Source: Callorhinchus milii
Lineage: Eukaryota
Direction: 5' to 3'
NCBI RefSeq assembly: GCF_018977255.1
Contig: NW_024704742.1
Location: 114,454,001-114,518,000, forward strand
DNA length: 64,000 nucleotides
Shown here: one piece after another, positions 63,153 through 64,000 of the stretch
How the letters are laid out: each line of letters starts with the position of its first letter
Position numbering within the stretch: position 1 is the stretch's first letter
Made by a program: the position numbers and the translations under genes
The notes under the pieces: generated by a model
What the model was told of the DNA's origin: nothing
What the model saw: only the letters and a program-made list of their open reading frames with translations
Database searches by the model: none

Positions 63153-64000
63153 AAGAGGCTTCAGGTTGTGAAATGTGAAATGCATCTCTCCAGCAGGGAA
63201 ATGTATGTATAATTTCTGCTTCAAGATAATCTCAGGTTAGACCAGGGGTTCTCATGAATCAGCATATCTGCACAGCACTCCCTGCAGGAGAGATACTTTA
63301 CTCTGAAACACTATCCAATATGAAGAACGCTATATAAATGTAAGTTGTTGTTGTTTACATCCTGACAAGCTTTCTCTGTAAGAGATGCCGTTTCCACTGA
63401 AGTTTTCTGCTTGAGTGATTTTTCAATCCCACTATTTGGTGACCAAAGTATAAACATCAGTGGAAAACCTCTAGTTTTCAACTTGTTCATCCTCTTGAGG
63501 GAAATCATAAGATTCAATCTGGTAAGTAGATATTGGTTAGGTGCTTTGTGTATTAAATACATTGATTGGAACCTGTAGTTTTCTTCAAGAGGCTTGAGTT
63601 GTACTGCATAAAATGTCTTAGTAACCTGCTGTGTAACTGTATTCAACTGTGAATAAATCAAAAATGATGGTGATAGACTGTAAGTTGTAGCTTGATGTTT
63701 TGATGGGAAGAGAGTCGGATGGGTATTCGGGAAGGTTTAGATCAAAGGCTGAAGAACCTTCTTTATCTGAATCTGTCTTGTAATCTTTGCAACAGTCCCA
63801 CGCATTTGATTACAATTACATCAATTTTATTTATTCTAGGGGCCCAATGAGGGATATATGGTAAAAGTTCATTTGACGTCTAGAAAAACAAAAAACAACT
63901 TTTTTGAGGACTCTCAGTGCCTTCCAAGTCTTCCAGGTCATGAATCAGAGGCATGTTCCGAGGGAGAGGTGAGAATAAATGACAAACAATTTATAATTTG

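Noticed and set aside
1..64000. CRISPR array, operon or other prokaryotic system
   Set aside because: The sequence is vertebrate genomic DNA with no regularly spaced repeat-spacer structure and no dense coding regions

Overview
Repeat-rich vertebrate genomic DNA. The repeat complement (L2 and CR1 LINEs, Deu-domain and V-domain tRNA-derived SINEs) points to a cartilaginous fish, possibly a holocephalan; this is an inference. The only protein-coding sequence I can identify is the first coding exon of ATG10 on the + strand (60488-60610), which the ORF track missed. Upstream are two CpG-retaining islands (about 3.4-6.4 kb, split by a 1.4-kb G-rich tandem array, and about 31.3-32.7 kb) and a compact X-box/CCAAT/ETS promoter-like cluster at about 51.7 kb. 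Nearly all listed ORFs are L2/CR1 fragments, their antisense shadows, or low-complexity artefacts. I see no convincing novel protein-coding system. The most unusual signals are: (i) an unclassified A-tailed non-coding retroposon family that has inserted into itself with a 10-bp target-site duplication; (ii) several locally templated inverted insertions and fold-backs (37.9 kb, 52.3-52.4 kb, 53.9 kb); (iii) repeated same-strand insertion of one L2 family into another; (iv) the G-rich array inside a CpG island. Repeat boundaries were read by eye and are approximate.
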